Below, one piece after another: positions 25,501 to 40,000 of a stretch of 64,000 bases of DNA. Numbering within the stretch: the stretch's first letter is position 1; each line of letters begins with the position of its first letter. Source of the DNA: Intoshia linei (Eukaryota; Animalia; Orthonectida); the NCBI GenBank assembly GCA_001642005.1, contig LWCA01000004.1, forward strand, positions 60,986 to 124,985, in the 5' to 3' direction. The notes under the pieces were generated by a model, which saw only the letters and a program-made list of their open reading frames with translations, did not search any database and was not told the origin of the DNA. The position numbers were made by a program, and so were the translations under genes.

Positions 25501-28500
25501 ATCTGCAATAAATATTAAAAATTATCATACAAAAGTATAAAAATGAGGAGAAGTTGATAATTTTTTTATATTTTATTTTTTGTATTTATCCATGTCTATT
25601 GTTTTGGACTTCAATCGGGAACCACAGAATTAAAAGGTCATCAGTGATCATTTTTAATAATAATATATATATTTCATTGTATAAAATTTATATATTTATT
25701 ATAATGATATTTAGATGATACAGTAACCCCTGAAAATATGGGATACATGAATAAAATGTTACCAAATATAAAAAACCAACAAGGAAACTTGTCTTATGAT
25801 CAATTACCTCCGTTTGTAAAAATTCCGCGAAAAACAGACTGGACTGATTTTCCTATGGACTTAACGGCTAACCTTGAACCTGACATTAGCAAAACTGAAC
25901 TTGAATATACGAAAAAATTACTAGATAAGGAGCGATACATGTTTAATAAAAAAATATTAAGAGAATTGGAAAAATGTGGTTCTCCAATTGATTGCTTCCC
26001 AGGTCCGAAAAAGATTACGGAAGTTACGGTAATTTTATTGCTTAGTTTGGTGAAAAAATACTTCATAATTTAAGTAGATTTAAGTTAATTTAAGATTTTT
26101 AAATTCTTAAATACATTTTTAAAAAATCCCGTCTATTTATACAAATATTCACATCGAAGATTAGTTACAATTATTCCGACTTATCATCTAGAGCAGGGGT
26201 GTCAATTATGCGGCCCTCGGGCCATTTGCGCCCCAATTATGGAATGTGCGCCTCGCGTTATAATATAAATTTTCATTTCTTATAACAATTTTTTACTTAT
26301 ATTTCTTATTTTACAATTTTTTATGATTTATTTATTATTACAATTTTAACATTTTTACACTTATTCCATTTTTATTATTTCATATTTCATAATATGAATT
26401 AAAATTATTATAAATTAATTAAATCTGTTAGTTTTAACATAATTTTTTAAGTAAAGATTTTTAAAATTTCAATTATCTTAGAATTATTTTTTAAGGTATC
26501 AATTATTTAATTTCCCTTCAGGTTGATTGATAAAATTTGTACATTTCGAAGTTTTTAAAAGTCAATTAGAGTCGAATTCATTTTATCTACTTGTCTACTT
26601 TTTTAAACGATGAAAATTTAAATTGCAACTTGCAACTTGCAACCCTTATTTTTGAAAAGTTATTGATTTTAAATTCTTGGTTTTTGAGTGATCATTTTTA
26701 TATTGTCTAACAATATGTGAATGCATTTCACGAGGTCTAAACCAAATTGTAAGGTTTTGATGTCTTGTAATGGAATACTAAATTTATTCTCTCAATGCCT
26801 GGGATTCTTGATAATTTTTTTTAAATCAATAAATAATTTATTGGAATTATCCACGGTTTGATGAAACTCGGTTTTGAGGAACCTTAACATTTTGATTAAT
26901 TTGATAATTATGTAGATGATTTGTAAATAAATGATAATTGACCATAGGAAACATTAAATATAAAACATTGTTGAAAAAATTAAAGTTTTTTCTTTGAGTT
27001 TAAGATTTTGTAAAATCGTGTTTTTCAAAAAAATATTGGAAAAAACGGATTTTTTCCTTAAGCCTTAAAGGTTGATAAAATTTGAGGTTTTATTTTGGGA
27101 TTTAATTAAGTATATTTTATGAAATTTTATTAATGGGTGGCATAAAAGTAGGATTTTTTAAATAATAATGTATAGGTCGTTTAGACTTTGGGATAAATTC
27201 CTAACATCTGGAAACTCTGACAGAGTTACTCTGTAATAAATATTAAAAATTCTTGTATAAATATAAACAAAAATTGATAAATTTTTTTTTTATTTTATTT
27301 TCAATCTCAGGAACTTTAAGCATATAGTTTTGTAGTCCAAGGGGTCGAGGGATCCAATAGGGAACGGCTGGTAGATATTAAAATTTCTGAGCGGATCCCA
27401 AAGGTCCTCGCACCTCAGTCTAAGATATATTACTATATGATATAATGTTCATTTTATTTTTTTAGAACTACGATTTTATGGGAGATACCAGTCAGTTAGT
27501 ATATGTAAATACCAACCCAGAAAACGTATTGATGTGTGAATATGACGCAATAATTAATAAATTGAAAAAAGTATCTGATGAAACTGGAGCAAACGACATT
27601 CTGCAAAATTTGAACGCGCTAAGAAAAAATGGAAACCAACATTCTTTGGATACCTTTTGGTTAGTATTTAAATACATCAACGACTACACGGAGCGTGGAG
27701 AATATTTAAGTGTGCACGAAGTTCGTTTATTTGGATGTGTGTACGGAAACATAATTAACCATAAAATAATAGCTGATGATGATTCTAATTTTTACTTGAG
27801 CATACTGATGAAAAATATAATTAGCGACGTTTCACGACAATGGGGTTTTTCGTTATCCGTCTTGGAATTAATTATTCCAAGATTTACAGATTTTCCTCAA
27901 TTATGCCATAGTCTCATTTCTTTGAAAGCTTTTGATAGTTTACCAAAAATCATGACTAGTGCCGTCGAACAGTCTATAAATGTGAGCAAAATGTCATTTA
28001 AATTTCAAAAAACGTTTATGAATGGTAGTTTGATATATAAAAATGCTACATTTGTGATAGACAATTGTTTGGATTTCAGTAACCTGACTTCCCCGACAAT
28101 ACAGGTTCGAGAATTGGTGTGTTTTATATTTAATAGTTTAACCAACTCTAATACCCTGGACAAAGCCTGCCAATTGAAACCACATGTAACAGAATTTAAT
28201 ATCACTTGGATTGCTAGATATTTGGTAGTTTATAGGGCTGCAGTTGAATTGAATTTACAATTTATATTTTTTAAATTTGTGCAAGATTTCGATTTACCTG
28301 AATTCAGTGAAACGATTCGGTCTGAAACAATCAAATGTATAAAAATTATCCTTAATTTACCTACCAAAAAATTTGTACAATACAAAAAGAAACTTAAAAA
28401 TTTGGGAAGATGGACTGGATTAATTTTTTTGTCGAAAAATAATGCAATCATTTATAGAGACTTGGATGTGAAATCCTTACTATATGAAGCGTATCATCGG

Positions 28501-31500
28501 AATCCGTCTGAATTTTTAATAATTTTTCAATTTGTAGCCAGATTTTTCGAAAATTGTGCTGAATCAATTTTTAAACTTAGAAATGCTTGGACTCTGGGGA
28601 TTATGAGAGTGTTTAGCGAAATTTATAAAAACATGGCAAAACTTGCCGAAAAATCATTTTATGAATTGGAAATTGAAACACTTTCGAGAACTTTAAGTTG
28701 GAATTTGCTGGAAGAAGAATTTGATGTATTTATTTTTGATGAGGGAAAGAAACTTGAATCCTTAAAATTTCAAATGTGTAGTGATGATGATAATTTAAAG
28801 TATGAAGAAGAGCTCAAAAAGGAACCTGAAACAAGAATAGACTCTGGTAATATTAAACAAGAGTTTAACTTGAATGGAAGTGTAAATGTGTTGCAAACTC
28901 ATAATCTAGAAAAATTTGTAGACGTGAAAATAAATTCCGATAATAATATACGCCACCCTGATGATCAAGTTGCGAATAAATATACATATGATGAAATTTA
29001 CATTAATACTATGCAATCTCTTCAAGTATTTTTTGTTATCGATGAAAATATCAACAGATTATTTAATTTGGATGTTTTAAAAAACCAGTTTTGTAAAGAA
29101 ATCGAAGAAGCCCTCAAAAAAACCATGCTATTTAATTTGTATGAACACACTTCTCGAATGTGCATGCCGACTGTCGAAACACTTGTTAGAAAAGATTTTG
29201 CGCTCGATTCTGAAGAAGCCAATATGCGCGCCGCATGTCACATGTCTTTAAAAAGCCTTGCGTCTTCCATTATAAATATTATTCACCGAGAAACTGTATA
29301 CAATAGACTGCTTTTAACAATTCTACGAGTTTTAAAGTGTTCTGAAAGTGTCTTAAATAGTATAATGAACCCTGAAATTGTTAAAAACGTTGTTCAGTTA
29401 TTTGGAGATTATCAAAAATATGACGAGTCCTACTCTTATAATTTTTCTGATAAACCTGATTCTGATTTTGAAGGTGCTACTCAAATGGATGATCGAATCG
29501 ACAATCAATATGACGGGTATATTAAAAGGATTGCTGTTATTATTGCAAAAGAAAATATGGAACTTATCATGAACATTGTAGTTAAATTGTGCATTGAACA
29601 AGCTTCAAATGAATTGGACAATATTTTTAGTGCAAACGATTATAGACTTAGACGCATGGCTAAACGTGAAAATCGCAAGTACGTTGATTTAAATTTTTTA
29701 AATTACAATGAAAAATTGCCAAACGTTTTAAAGTTTAACGTGGGTAGTACACTAAATTCAAGAATTTCTATTTATCATGAAATGGGTAAAAATATTACTG
29801 GCTTTATGCCGATGCCGCCAGATGCATGCAAAGATTCAGTTTTATTGTCCATTTATAACCATCAATGGGATGAACTCTTTTTAAGGGAATTTTTCATTCT
29901 GGTCGATACCATTTTACAACAAATGGCCAACATTTTGTCAAAGCAAAGTCTGAACAGTCCCATACATTGGATTAGGCCTTTGCAGGATTCATTGAACTGT
30001 ATGATACGTAATCAAAGTCCATCTTCAGTGGAATATTTTTTAAACAAATTGGTTGATTTCATGATGGCCAAGGTTTGCGATGGATTCATTCAACCAAATT
30101 GTGATTTACGTGATTTGGGGTTGGATATAATTACAATTTTTATGGATAGAAAGCTTGTTAGTTCGTCAAACTTGATTGCTTACTTTACGAAATTCTTTAT
30201 GGACCGAGTACTAAAAAATGAAATTGGGGCAAATGCCATTAATTTCGTAGTCCGACACAATTTTTTATCTTTTCCTACTATTGATAAAACCTTATCTTCT
30301 CAAATTGATAATAAAAAGAGTTCGCTTCACATTCTTTTATATATGCTGTATCGACTCAACTCTATGAATTATAAAAATTTGGAGTTTGAATTTGTTTGTC
30401 TTATTCATACTATCGGAGATTTACTATTTGGAAATTGTTCATTGCCGCTCAAACAAATTTTGGAAATGTCTGAACAATTGTACCCTAAATTATGCCAACA
30501 AATTTTACCTAAAAATGAAAAGAGTGAAATTTCTCTAGCTGGTTTACAAATTAACGAAAATGCAAAGATGAAACTAATGTACGATAAACGAAAAGCTAAT
30601 CAGAAAAATTATCAAAACTATCAAAATCAAAAAATGAAAGTTAAACGCCCTGAACCTATCGACAACGAAACTATTTCTAAACCAGAAATCACATTTGATA
30701 AAAGTCATTATCAAACAGTTTTGATCAACTGGCTCCGAATTTATAATCAGTATAAAGGTTCAAATAAGATTAGACAAATTTACCTGGAAATCAAACCTAT
30801 TTTGGATGATACTGGGTTTTTTAGAGCTAACCCTCAGCAAACTACCACATTCTTCCGTTTTATGTACAATTCTGTCGTTCGAGAATATTACAATTATTAC
30901 ACTGCCAACCCTAATAATAATCTAGACGTTTCGCAAGATATTTTACACTATATTGATGCTACTGTGAGGTTTATTGTTGTTGTTTTAGTTAATAATCAAT
31001 ATGCACCTCTACAACCAAGTCCTGAACACTCTGCGGAAAATGAAAACACTAATATTAATATTATTCTATTACGATTTCTAACTAACGTCTTTGGAGCCAT
31101 TTCAATGACTATGACCAGTTTGTTATCGCAGAATAATTTTGATATTTTGATGATCCCTTTTCAAAGAATTATCAATAATCTTATTCTTGAATTGTACGCC
31201 CCAACTGTTATTGATGGGAGTGTCTATTCTCAACTTTCTACTCTTATTTGGTTTGATGTTTGTTTCTTAATTTAATTTTTTTTAGTAACTTTCTATGTTT
31301 TCTTTCACCTAAAAATATTTGTAAATTTTTGTTTTCATGGCTTAATCTCATATCCAATAGAATCTTGATACAGTATTCTATCGGTCCTGAATCTACTGAA
31401 AAAGTTTATTTTATTAATTTATTTTATAATTAACATTTAGTCTCGCACGGCTTACAACGAGTTAATTATGACGTGGCTTACCTTTTTTATGCCATTTTTG

Positions 31501-33942
31501 GATACATTGGAAATTAACAGTACCGTTTCATCTTTATACAAGGTTGGTTTTTTCGGTATTAAATTAACATTTAAATTTAGGCTACAGGTCGAATATTTAA
31601 AATGCTGTATAATGATTACCCTGAATTTTTATTGCAAAATCATTTAATATATTGTGATACAATTCCCTTGAATTGTGTTAATTTACGCAACATTATTCTT
31701 TGCGCTAAACCAAAAGACATGTTTCTTTCAGATGCACCATGTGATAACTTTACAATATTTCTCCTTGAACAATTTAACCAACCTCCTATATGTTCCATTA
31801 GTGTCGATACGTTAATTCTTAAAGAAGAGTTTAAAACGGTATATATTTTGAACTTGGGCATTATTTTTTATATTGTTTTTTAGGACTTGAATTTTTACTT
31901 AAAGAATCGCAGACCCAGTACATTTTTGGCAGATGTCATTAATTACATTCAGGTATGCATTTATATACAATATGGAGACTCAGTGATATCCAAAATAACA
32001 GTTGATAGTGGTGTAACGAGCCTGTGATTAGCATTGTATCGATTTATCTAATTTTTCAACTTTTCAAAAGTGACCAATTGAAAAAATTATATGTGCCAGC
32101 GGTTATAATTATTTTTTTCACGGCGGACCGGTAATAAATTATAAAATTTATCGCGGACCATTAAAGCGAAATTACTAGGAAATATTAAAAAAATTAATGA
32201 AAATTGTAATAATTTGACTTTTAATTAATAAAGATTATTTCGCCGACCAAAACGTAGGAAACGCTGATATACACCTGTCTAGATTTAAATTAAAAAAAAT
32301 ATCATTTTTATAAAATCGATAATCTCACATGAGCAGATGATAATGTTATCCCGAATTATTTTCACAAATGAAATCGATCAAAAGGATACATAATTAAAAA
32401 AGGGATTTTAAAGAGATTTATTTTTTATTAATATGGGACTTGGAGCTTAACTAAACTTTGTTAAATTTTAGTCAGTTTTATATTATATTTTTATCCATAA
32501 TGTCGAGATGACAGTAACTACAGATTAATCTAACCATTTTTTTCAAAATGTAAAAATTTTTAGTAATTTCAATTTTTCTATGTAAAATGAGTTATATCCT
32601 GAAAAAAAGTAAAATTTTGACCAAAAAAATCGGACCATGTGCTTTGAAAAATCTGAACTAAAATTTAAAAGAAAACAAATTCTTTTCTCTCATAATATTT
32701 GTCAGTTTGGAATATCTATGGCAGGAGTCGGCAACCTTTTTTATCTAGTGGGCAACATTTTTATATTAAAAAATTATTCGGCCCTGTTTATGTCAATTTA
32801 GACATGTTTAAAAATTTTAAATTAAATTAATGGTTATCATGAAAATACATTTTTAACGATTCAATTGTATAGTATACCTATGGTTATACGTATAAAAAAG
32901 GTTAAAAACAACATGGACCAGTTTCTATAAGCTGACCACATTTTAGAAAAAGTCATTAATTTGACCGATTGTATATATCAAAATTTAGAGATTAAATTTA
33001 TTTTTCATTATTAATTTAATGTTATACGGAAAAATGAATAAATTAATTGAAAACATTTAAAAATGTTTGTATAGAGGTCTCTTTTTATAAGGTAACTGAT
33101 CTGTCTTACAAAAGTTTTGTTGTGATTCTTTAATTAAAATTTTAGATCCCAAAAGATTCATTTAAAAAATACAGTGCACCGTTGATTACAGGATTAATAC
33201 TTTATGTGGCTAGATATGCTTTAGCAAAACTAAAAGAACAAAATCAGAGTCCCAGTGTAGACACAATTCAACCTTCTTCTTACATTGACATTTTTTTATA
33301 CCTTTCCATTAAATTGGACTCTGAAGGCAGATATATTTATCTAACTTCTATTGCCAATCAACTTCGCTACCCCAATACACATACCCATTATTTTACCTGT
33401 GTTATCCTATACCTTTTTGGTCATACTGCCACTGCACACATACAGGAACAAATTATTCGGTAAAAATTGTATATATATTGATAATTTGTATTTTATTTTT
33501 GGTCATGTCTCTATGTTATTAATACCATAATTTTACTTTTGATATTTTTAAAAATTTTTTTTATTTGATTTTTATTTTATAAATTCGGCTTACCATTAAG
33601 CCTTAGTCTAAGTTTAATAAACAATAGTTATGGCAAGAAAAAATGAAACAAATTGTTTTTTAAGAAAGTCACCAATATTAATAAAAAATTGTAGAGTTCT
33701 TCTGGAAAGATTAATATGTTGCAACCCACCTCCATTTGGTTGTCGTGTGACATTTGAACAAATACTAAAAGATAAAAAATTCAATTTTTGGAACTTGAAA
33801 TTTGCCAAATTTAATCCGAAATTTACAAAGTAATTTACATGATAAATATTTTAACTTGTGTTATAGGTTAATTAAAACAATTGAAGAAAGAACGCCACTT
33901 GAATTTGACGAAGTCAAAACGATAATGTCTTGCAAACTTTAA
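19530..33942 (+). CDS. CNOT1: CCR4-NOT scaffold subunit CNOT1, highly divergent, ~18 exons
   Basis: MIF4G motifs FIFNSL, LKNLGRWTG and DLDVKSLL. DUF3819 motif RKDFALDSEEANMR. Not1 C-terminal motifs DYPEFL, DTIPLNCVNLRNIILCA, IANQLRYPNTHTHYF and IQEQIIRVLLERLI. Large exons are ~23548-24844 and ~27466-31250; last exon is 33867-33942. The 5' exons from ATG 19530 are less certain. Confidence 0.88.
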
Positions 33943-34055
33943 CCCAACACTGTTTGTATTATTGTAGCATACATTTTATTGTTATTTAAGTTATAACGAG
34001 CAATTTGTACATATTCTGTAATATGGTTCTTATTAAATTTTATAAAGAATAAATC

Positions 34056-37000
34056 TCAAACATGAAGACTTTTTTTGATTTTAGCAGTTGATTCAGTAAT
34101 TTCATTTTTTCTGCGTTTACCATTAGAATTTTCATGTTTTTTTGAAGGGTTGATGATTGAAGGCAAAGAGCATAACAACTTTGTCTTTCTGTTGTAATTC
34201 CGGTCAATTTGTCGACCTATATTTTTAATTTTTCTCCTCAATTGACTTATTGATAATTTTGTATTTTCCTGATCACTATTATCTCCGTTGCAAGAAATGT
34301 CAATTGTACTATTGACATTCATATTATCAAAAGAATCTGTCAATGTAACAAAAGATTCTTCCTTTTTATGGCCTTGATTATCTATAATATATTTTGATTT
34401 TTTTGGTTGACTGGCATTTTTTTCTGGTTTTATTTTGGGTAGTTTATTAACAATTTTTTTAAAAGTAGATCTATTGGTAGAATTTCTAGTAAACGTGGAT
34501 TCGAAATTAGTATTTTGGTAAAAGTCGTCCAATGAATCGTTGATATGATTGGACTCTACTAAATCACTGTGAGACAGTGAATTTGGTTTATCGTGAATTG
34601 TATTGACTGAATTTTTGACAAATTCGTTGAATAAAAATTTCCGATAATCTGTAGTCAATTCTGGTAAATTTGAAAATAGAATCGTGTCAATATGTTGTGT
34701 TTTATCTTGATATGATTCAATTTTATTTTTCAGAAATTTTGAGACAAAACACTTATTTTTTTTATCAATTTCATTTTCCCGCTTTTCACTGTTTGAGAAT
34801 AAATGATTAGGGATACTAAATTTCCAACCATTAGAGTTTTTCTTTGTATTTTCGTTTATTGCTAATACAGGTTTTTCATTATCAAAATTTTTTAACGTCT
34901 CTTTTGGTACCACTTTCTTATCACATTGCGGACGGGCAGAGTCAATGGCTTTGGTTGAGTTTACGATTCCGTTCGATTCTTTTTCTTTTTTTTCAATTAT
35001 GTAGTCATTTTTATGTAATTCTGATTGATACACTTTAAATTGTCCCACTAAGTCATCATTATTTGATTTAATTGTGTTGCAGAAGGATGAAAAATTATGA
35101 ATTCTTTTTTTCATTGAATCTGGCAAGACGTTTTGATCAATCAATATAGCCATATCTCGAATTAATATTTTTTGCTGTCCCATTTTGTATAATAAATTTT
35201 GCATTTCTCGGTTTTTTTCAACGAGTTTGGATTTTAATAATGATTCTTGATGTATATCAATATACGTCTTTTCTTTGTTTTTACTGTGTAATTTCATTTT
35301 CAACAGTGATACTGTTTTTGCTCTTTCGTTTTGAATGTATTCCGGCATTTTATCTTCAATTTGTGTTACATTAGCACTGGCTGATCGACTAAAATTTAAA
35401 ATGGGTTTGTTCTTGATGTGACGTGCTCGAGAAGCATATTTTAAGGAGTTTAAGGTTTCATCAATGTTACTACTTGCAGGAGATATACAACAGATCATGA
35501 GAGTGTGACTATTACCTCCCAAAGAATCCTAGTGTAAAATTAATATTTTAATTTAAATTTAACCTTTAATAAACGAGTTATTTTTGATTGACGGTATGGT
35601 ATATGACGGTGAATGGCTTTTCTTTTGTCTGTTAATGAATGTATTACGTTTCCTAAAGCCAATAAACCAGAATTGATGTAAACAGATTCTAAATACAAGT
35701 ACAATCATTACGTGTTTTTTATATAAAATTATTAAAAATCAAAAATACGGTTTGTTTAAGTTTTACAAATTATTTTAAATTACTATCTAACTAATTTTCT
35801 TCAAAAAGTTAAGAGGGGTGTAATAAATAAACCCTGATTATTTATTCATAAAATTCATAAAACAATATTAACCTTAAGATTATATTATTAATAAAACCTT
35901 TAAGTCTGTTTCCAATATTTCCTGTTTTTTCCACTCGCTCTGAACCAGCCAAATCAACAAAATGAATTTTGGATTGTACTGCTGAAAAGTTCGCATTTAT
36001 ATTTTCACCTAATTGATCATTAATGCAAAATAAAATTGAATGTAATATCTAATTTATAATCAACCTTCCAAACTCACATCTTACGGGTCAAAAAGCCCAA
36101 TTGTCCTTTTTTTGAAAATCAAACGAGTTCGAGAATTTAAAAAAAATATATACTCTGAACCGGATTTTAAAATTATAGATGTTATCATAAATTTAAAAAC
36201 AAAAATATTTTCCGGGCAAAAAGCCCAAATTACCCTTTTTTTAATGAAAACAGCTCTAGAATTAAAAAAATTAACAGCTGGTACAGTTGTATCCTGTTAA
36301 CATACACAAAAAATTCATGTTAACAAACAAAATTAAGATTCACTTTAAACTAAAAATTAATGTGATATAACGGTTCCACCTGAAACAATTTTTGGAACCA
36401 CTTCTTTATAGGATTGATAATAGTGAATAGTAGGATTTTTAAGTTACATATTAGATTAGAAAAGTTAGATATTTAACGTGAATTTATTTTTTTAGTAGAA
36501 TAAAAATGTACCCTCGGCAGAGCTAGGTGCTGTTTGTACGTAGTACATAACAGTCAACCTAGTTATGTATATTTTACAATGCAAAATTATAAATGAAATG
36601 CAATGTCTTTACAAATTATTATTTATTTAAGGATAATTGCGATTTATAATCCGTAACTGGGCCCATAATGTAAAATGTTTGGTTACCCTTGGCTAGACAG
36701 TAATGAAAAAATTGTGATTTCATAAAAAATTTAAAATTTTGTTTATAATCACTTCATATTTATACCGGATATAAAAAATTAGTTCTAATTACGAATTAAA
36801 CTGAGATTCTCGTTAATCTAATTAACTAGCTAATTAAACTCGCTGGTACCATTTAATTTATTATTATTAATTAAAAATATGTATTACAAATTGTCAAACT
36901 CAATAGAGTATGAGATCGACTTGATCTGTCGTTCATATTAGTTAATCCAAAATGTTGATTTGCAAATCCCAATTCCAAGCATTCAATTACATTATTTATA

Positions 37001-40000
37001 GATTTGCATTGTTTTTCCAATGCTCCCATAATGACTAAATAAAAAATTAATTTAATTTTAAAAAATTTCATAAAGTTGATATAAAAAATCTTAATATATT
37101 AGAGTTGATCACGTTGTCGCATATCTAAGGAATATACCCTTTTAAAATTGAAAATGACATGCACGGATAAATAAATCCATGAAACTTACATTACTAACAC
37201 TATAAATTCTATCGACTTACTTATATTACTTGTACTAACATTACAGATAAAATAGTATTCACCCTCGTAAATTAACTATCTTTTTTAGGTTATAAAATGA
37301 TGGCCACTATGTAATTTATGAAATCAACTTTTTATGAAAAAAAATTTATTGTTGCTATCAAATTCATCAAATCTATATATTATGGCACTCTTTCTATTTA
37401 AAAAAGGTAATTTCGGTTTTTGATCTTGAAGACCTCAATTTCTGCGAATAAAATTTCCGGCAAAAAATCACTTTCGAAAAACGACATTAAAATGTTTAGT
37501 TGTTTAATTGTTGTTTGGTTGTCTAGTTTTTTATTAAACATAAGTCACATAGACTAACATGCACAGACTTTGAATTTTATATAAGTAAAGGATAAATTTA
37601 ATTTCTACGAAACTCTTACAATTATAAAATGTAACTATCCGTCAAAACGGGTGAGGACCCTATTGCATGGTCTATTGAAATGTGATTATAATTTATTAAT
37701 TATTTTTTTATTATTTCTGAATAAAATTTTTCAGTCTTAAACGCTTTGAAATTTACTGTAACATTATTGAATTTGACAAGAAATTATAGCGCAAATAAAA
37801 TATACGAACGAAACAAAATTTATAAAAATTGTAAACCTGAATTCCCTTCCGAATCTTCCCTTATATAAATATTTTGTCGTTTCAGAGCCAATAAATCTAT
37901 AATTTCTTCTTTATAAACCTCCAAATAAGAGACTTGTACAGAAGAAGAAAAATTTGAGTTGGAATTCTAATTTTATAATTAATAGGCAATAATAGTGAAT
38001 TATAATACATACATGTATCAATATTATAATAATAATATTATATTACCAATTTTATAAAAATTTCTTGTATGGATCTTACTATTAATCCTTTACTTTCACT
38101 TTGTAAATTAAAATCATCTCCAATTGTATATGTTTTTCCGGAACCCTAAAATATTTACAATTGTTTAATAATTATTAAATTATAATTATGTAATTCTAAA
38201 ATACATTGTATTTCCTTTCCTAATATAAAATTGAATGTTTGTGTGTGTATTACCGTATATTTAAAAAATTAATATTAGTAAAATTTAAAAAACCCAATTG
38301 AAATAATGTATTTTTCAGGGGATTTTGATATATCTATATTTCATTTCCCGCATTTGAGTCCTTCACGGTCAAAAACCCAATTTGCCCTTTTGTTTAAAAA
38401 TAAAATCATTCCAAAAATGTAATAAAATATAAATTCTGGGACGCGTTTTAAAATCATTAACGTTATTGTAAATGTCAGCCTCACACACGCAGACCTTCAT
38501 GGTCAACACCTCAAATTACCATTTGGTTTAAACATGATACATGATCTAACATTTTATAACACATAAATTCTGTGGATAGTTTTTAAAATCATAAAAAATG
38601 TCATAAATAGTAACCTCAAAAAAGTGCATTTTAAAGATTAAAACCTCATATTACTTTTTTTTTAAAATGAAACTAGTCCTAGAATTTTAAAAAAAATTAT
38701 AGCTGATACAGTTATATCCAGTAAACACACACAAAAAATTTTAAACCGAATAAGTGACGACTTCATGGTCAAAAAAGCATTTTAGTATTAATATATTTTT
38801 TTTCTGAAATATTTTAGTAAAACAAAAAATGTGAAATTATTTACTTTAGTTAATTGAAATATGAAATATTAAACAGTTAAGGTTCTAGAATTTAAAAAAA
38901 ATATTATTCTGACACAATCTATTCCAGTTGGTCAAGAAAAAAATTTAAACTTCAAAATCAGTGTCGTATCCCGACACCCCTTCGGGAGGCCTCGACGTTT
39001 TAAATTTTTGAAATTTTTGTAAAATGGGACTCATTTTTCCAAATTGAGTATTAAAAAAATTATATTCTTGAATAACATAACTATTTTGTATGTTAAATTT
39101 AAAATATCGAGTCAAAAGGCTTGAAGAGGTCGTTAGAGCTATATGACACTATGCATAGTTATATCATAGTCAAAAATGAATTTTAAACTACAGTAGACGC
39201 TCGAAAAGTGACCACTAGTTTAGATGCTATAACAAAACTATACTAACGTAAATTAATTTTATTTTTAAAATTGACTACTAAATATCAAATAAAAACAACC
39301 AAACCCGATAAAATATCATTTTCCCAAATGTATTCATTTATAAATATTATATTTTTTTATTATAATAGAATAATTATTCAATCTATTATTATTTGCAGAG
39401 TATTGTGCATATTTTTAATTCTTTTTCGTATTTCTCAACATCAAAGAAAAACAATATATTAATTAAAATATTATCGTAATCGGGTCAGGTACGATACCAT
39501 TTACGCGAACTGCAAGCTAAAGTTGGGACTCATAAAACACAGAAAAGATGACGTTTTGTTTAAAAATATAACATTAACAACATATTATTACCGTTTGACC
39601 ATAAGCGAACACAGTTACATTGAAACCCAGGAATAATTCATCTATAAGAGAATTCATGGTTTTATCGTATATATGTTTCTAAATAGTGAAATGAATAAAT
39701 ATTGCTTTACATTAGAAAACACCAAAAATTGCATCATTCAAAAAATTATATTATGATAATTATACAACATATTAAACTTGAAAATTATGCATAAATAATG
39801 TACTTGATCACACGATTCATTGAATGCATATTCAAATTCAAAACGTCGATTATTTTCGAATAAAACTGTTGCATCGTCACAAATGTGCAAACAATGATCA
39901 CAATTATTTTCAATTTCATTTTCCGACATTGGGCGAACCTAAAATTTTAAAATAAAAAATAAATACATGGACACAAAAAATAGTGTATTGTAAATACAAT

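Noticed and set aside
27492-29601. Several short ORFs antisense to or overlapping the large CNOT1 exon
   Set aside because: These are shadow ORFs of a long coding exon with no recognisable motifs.
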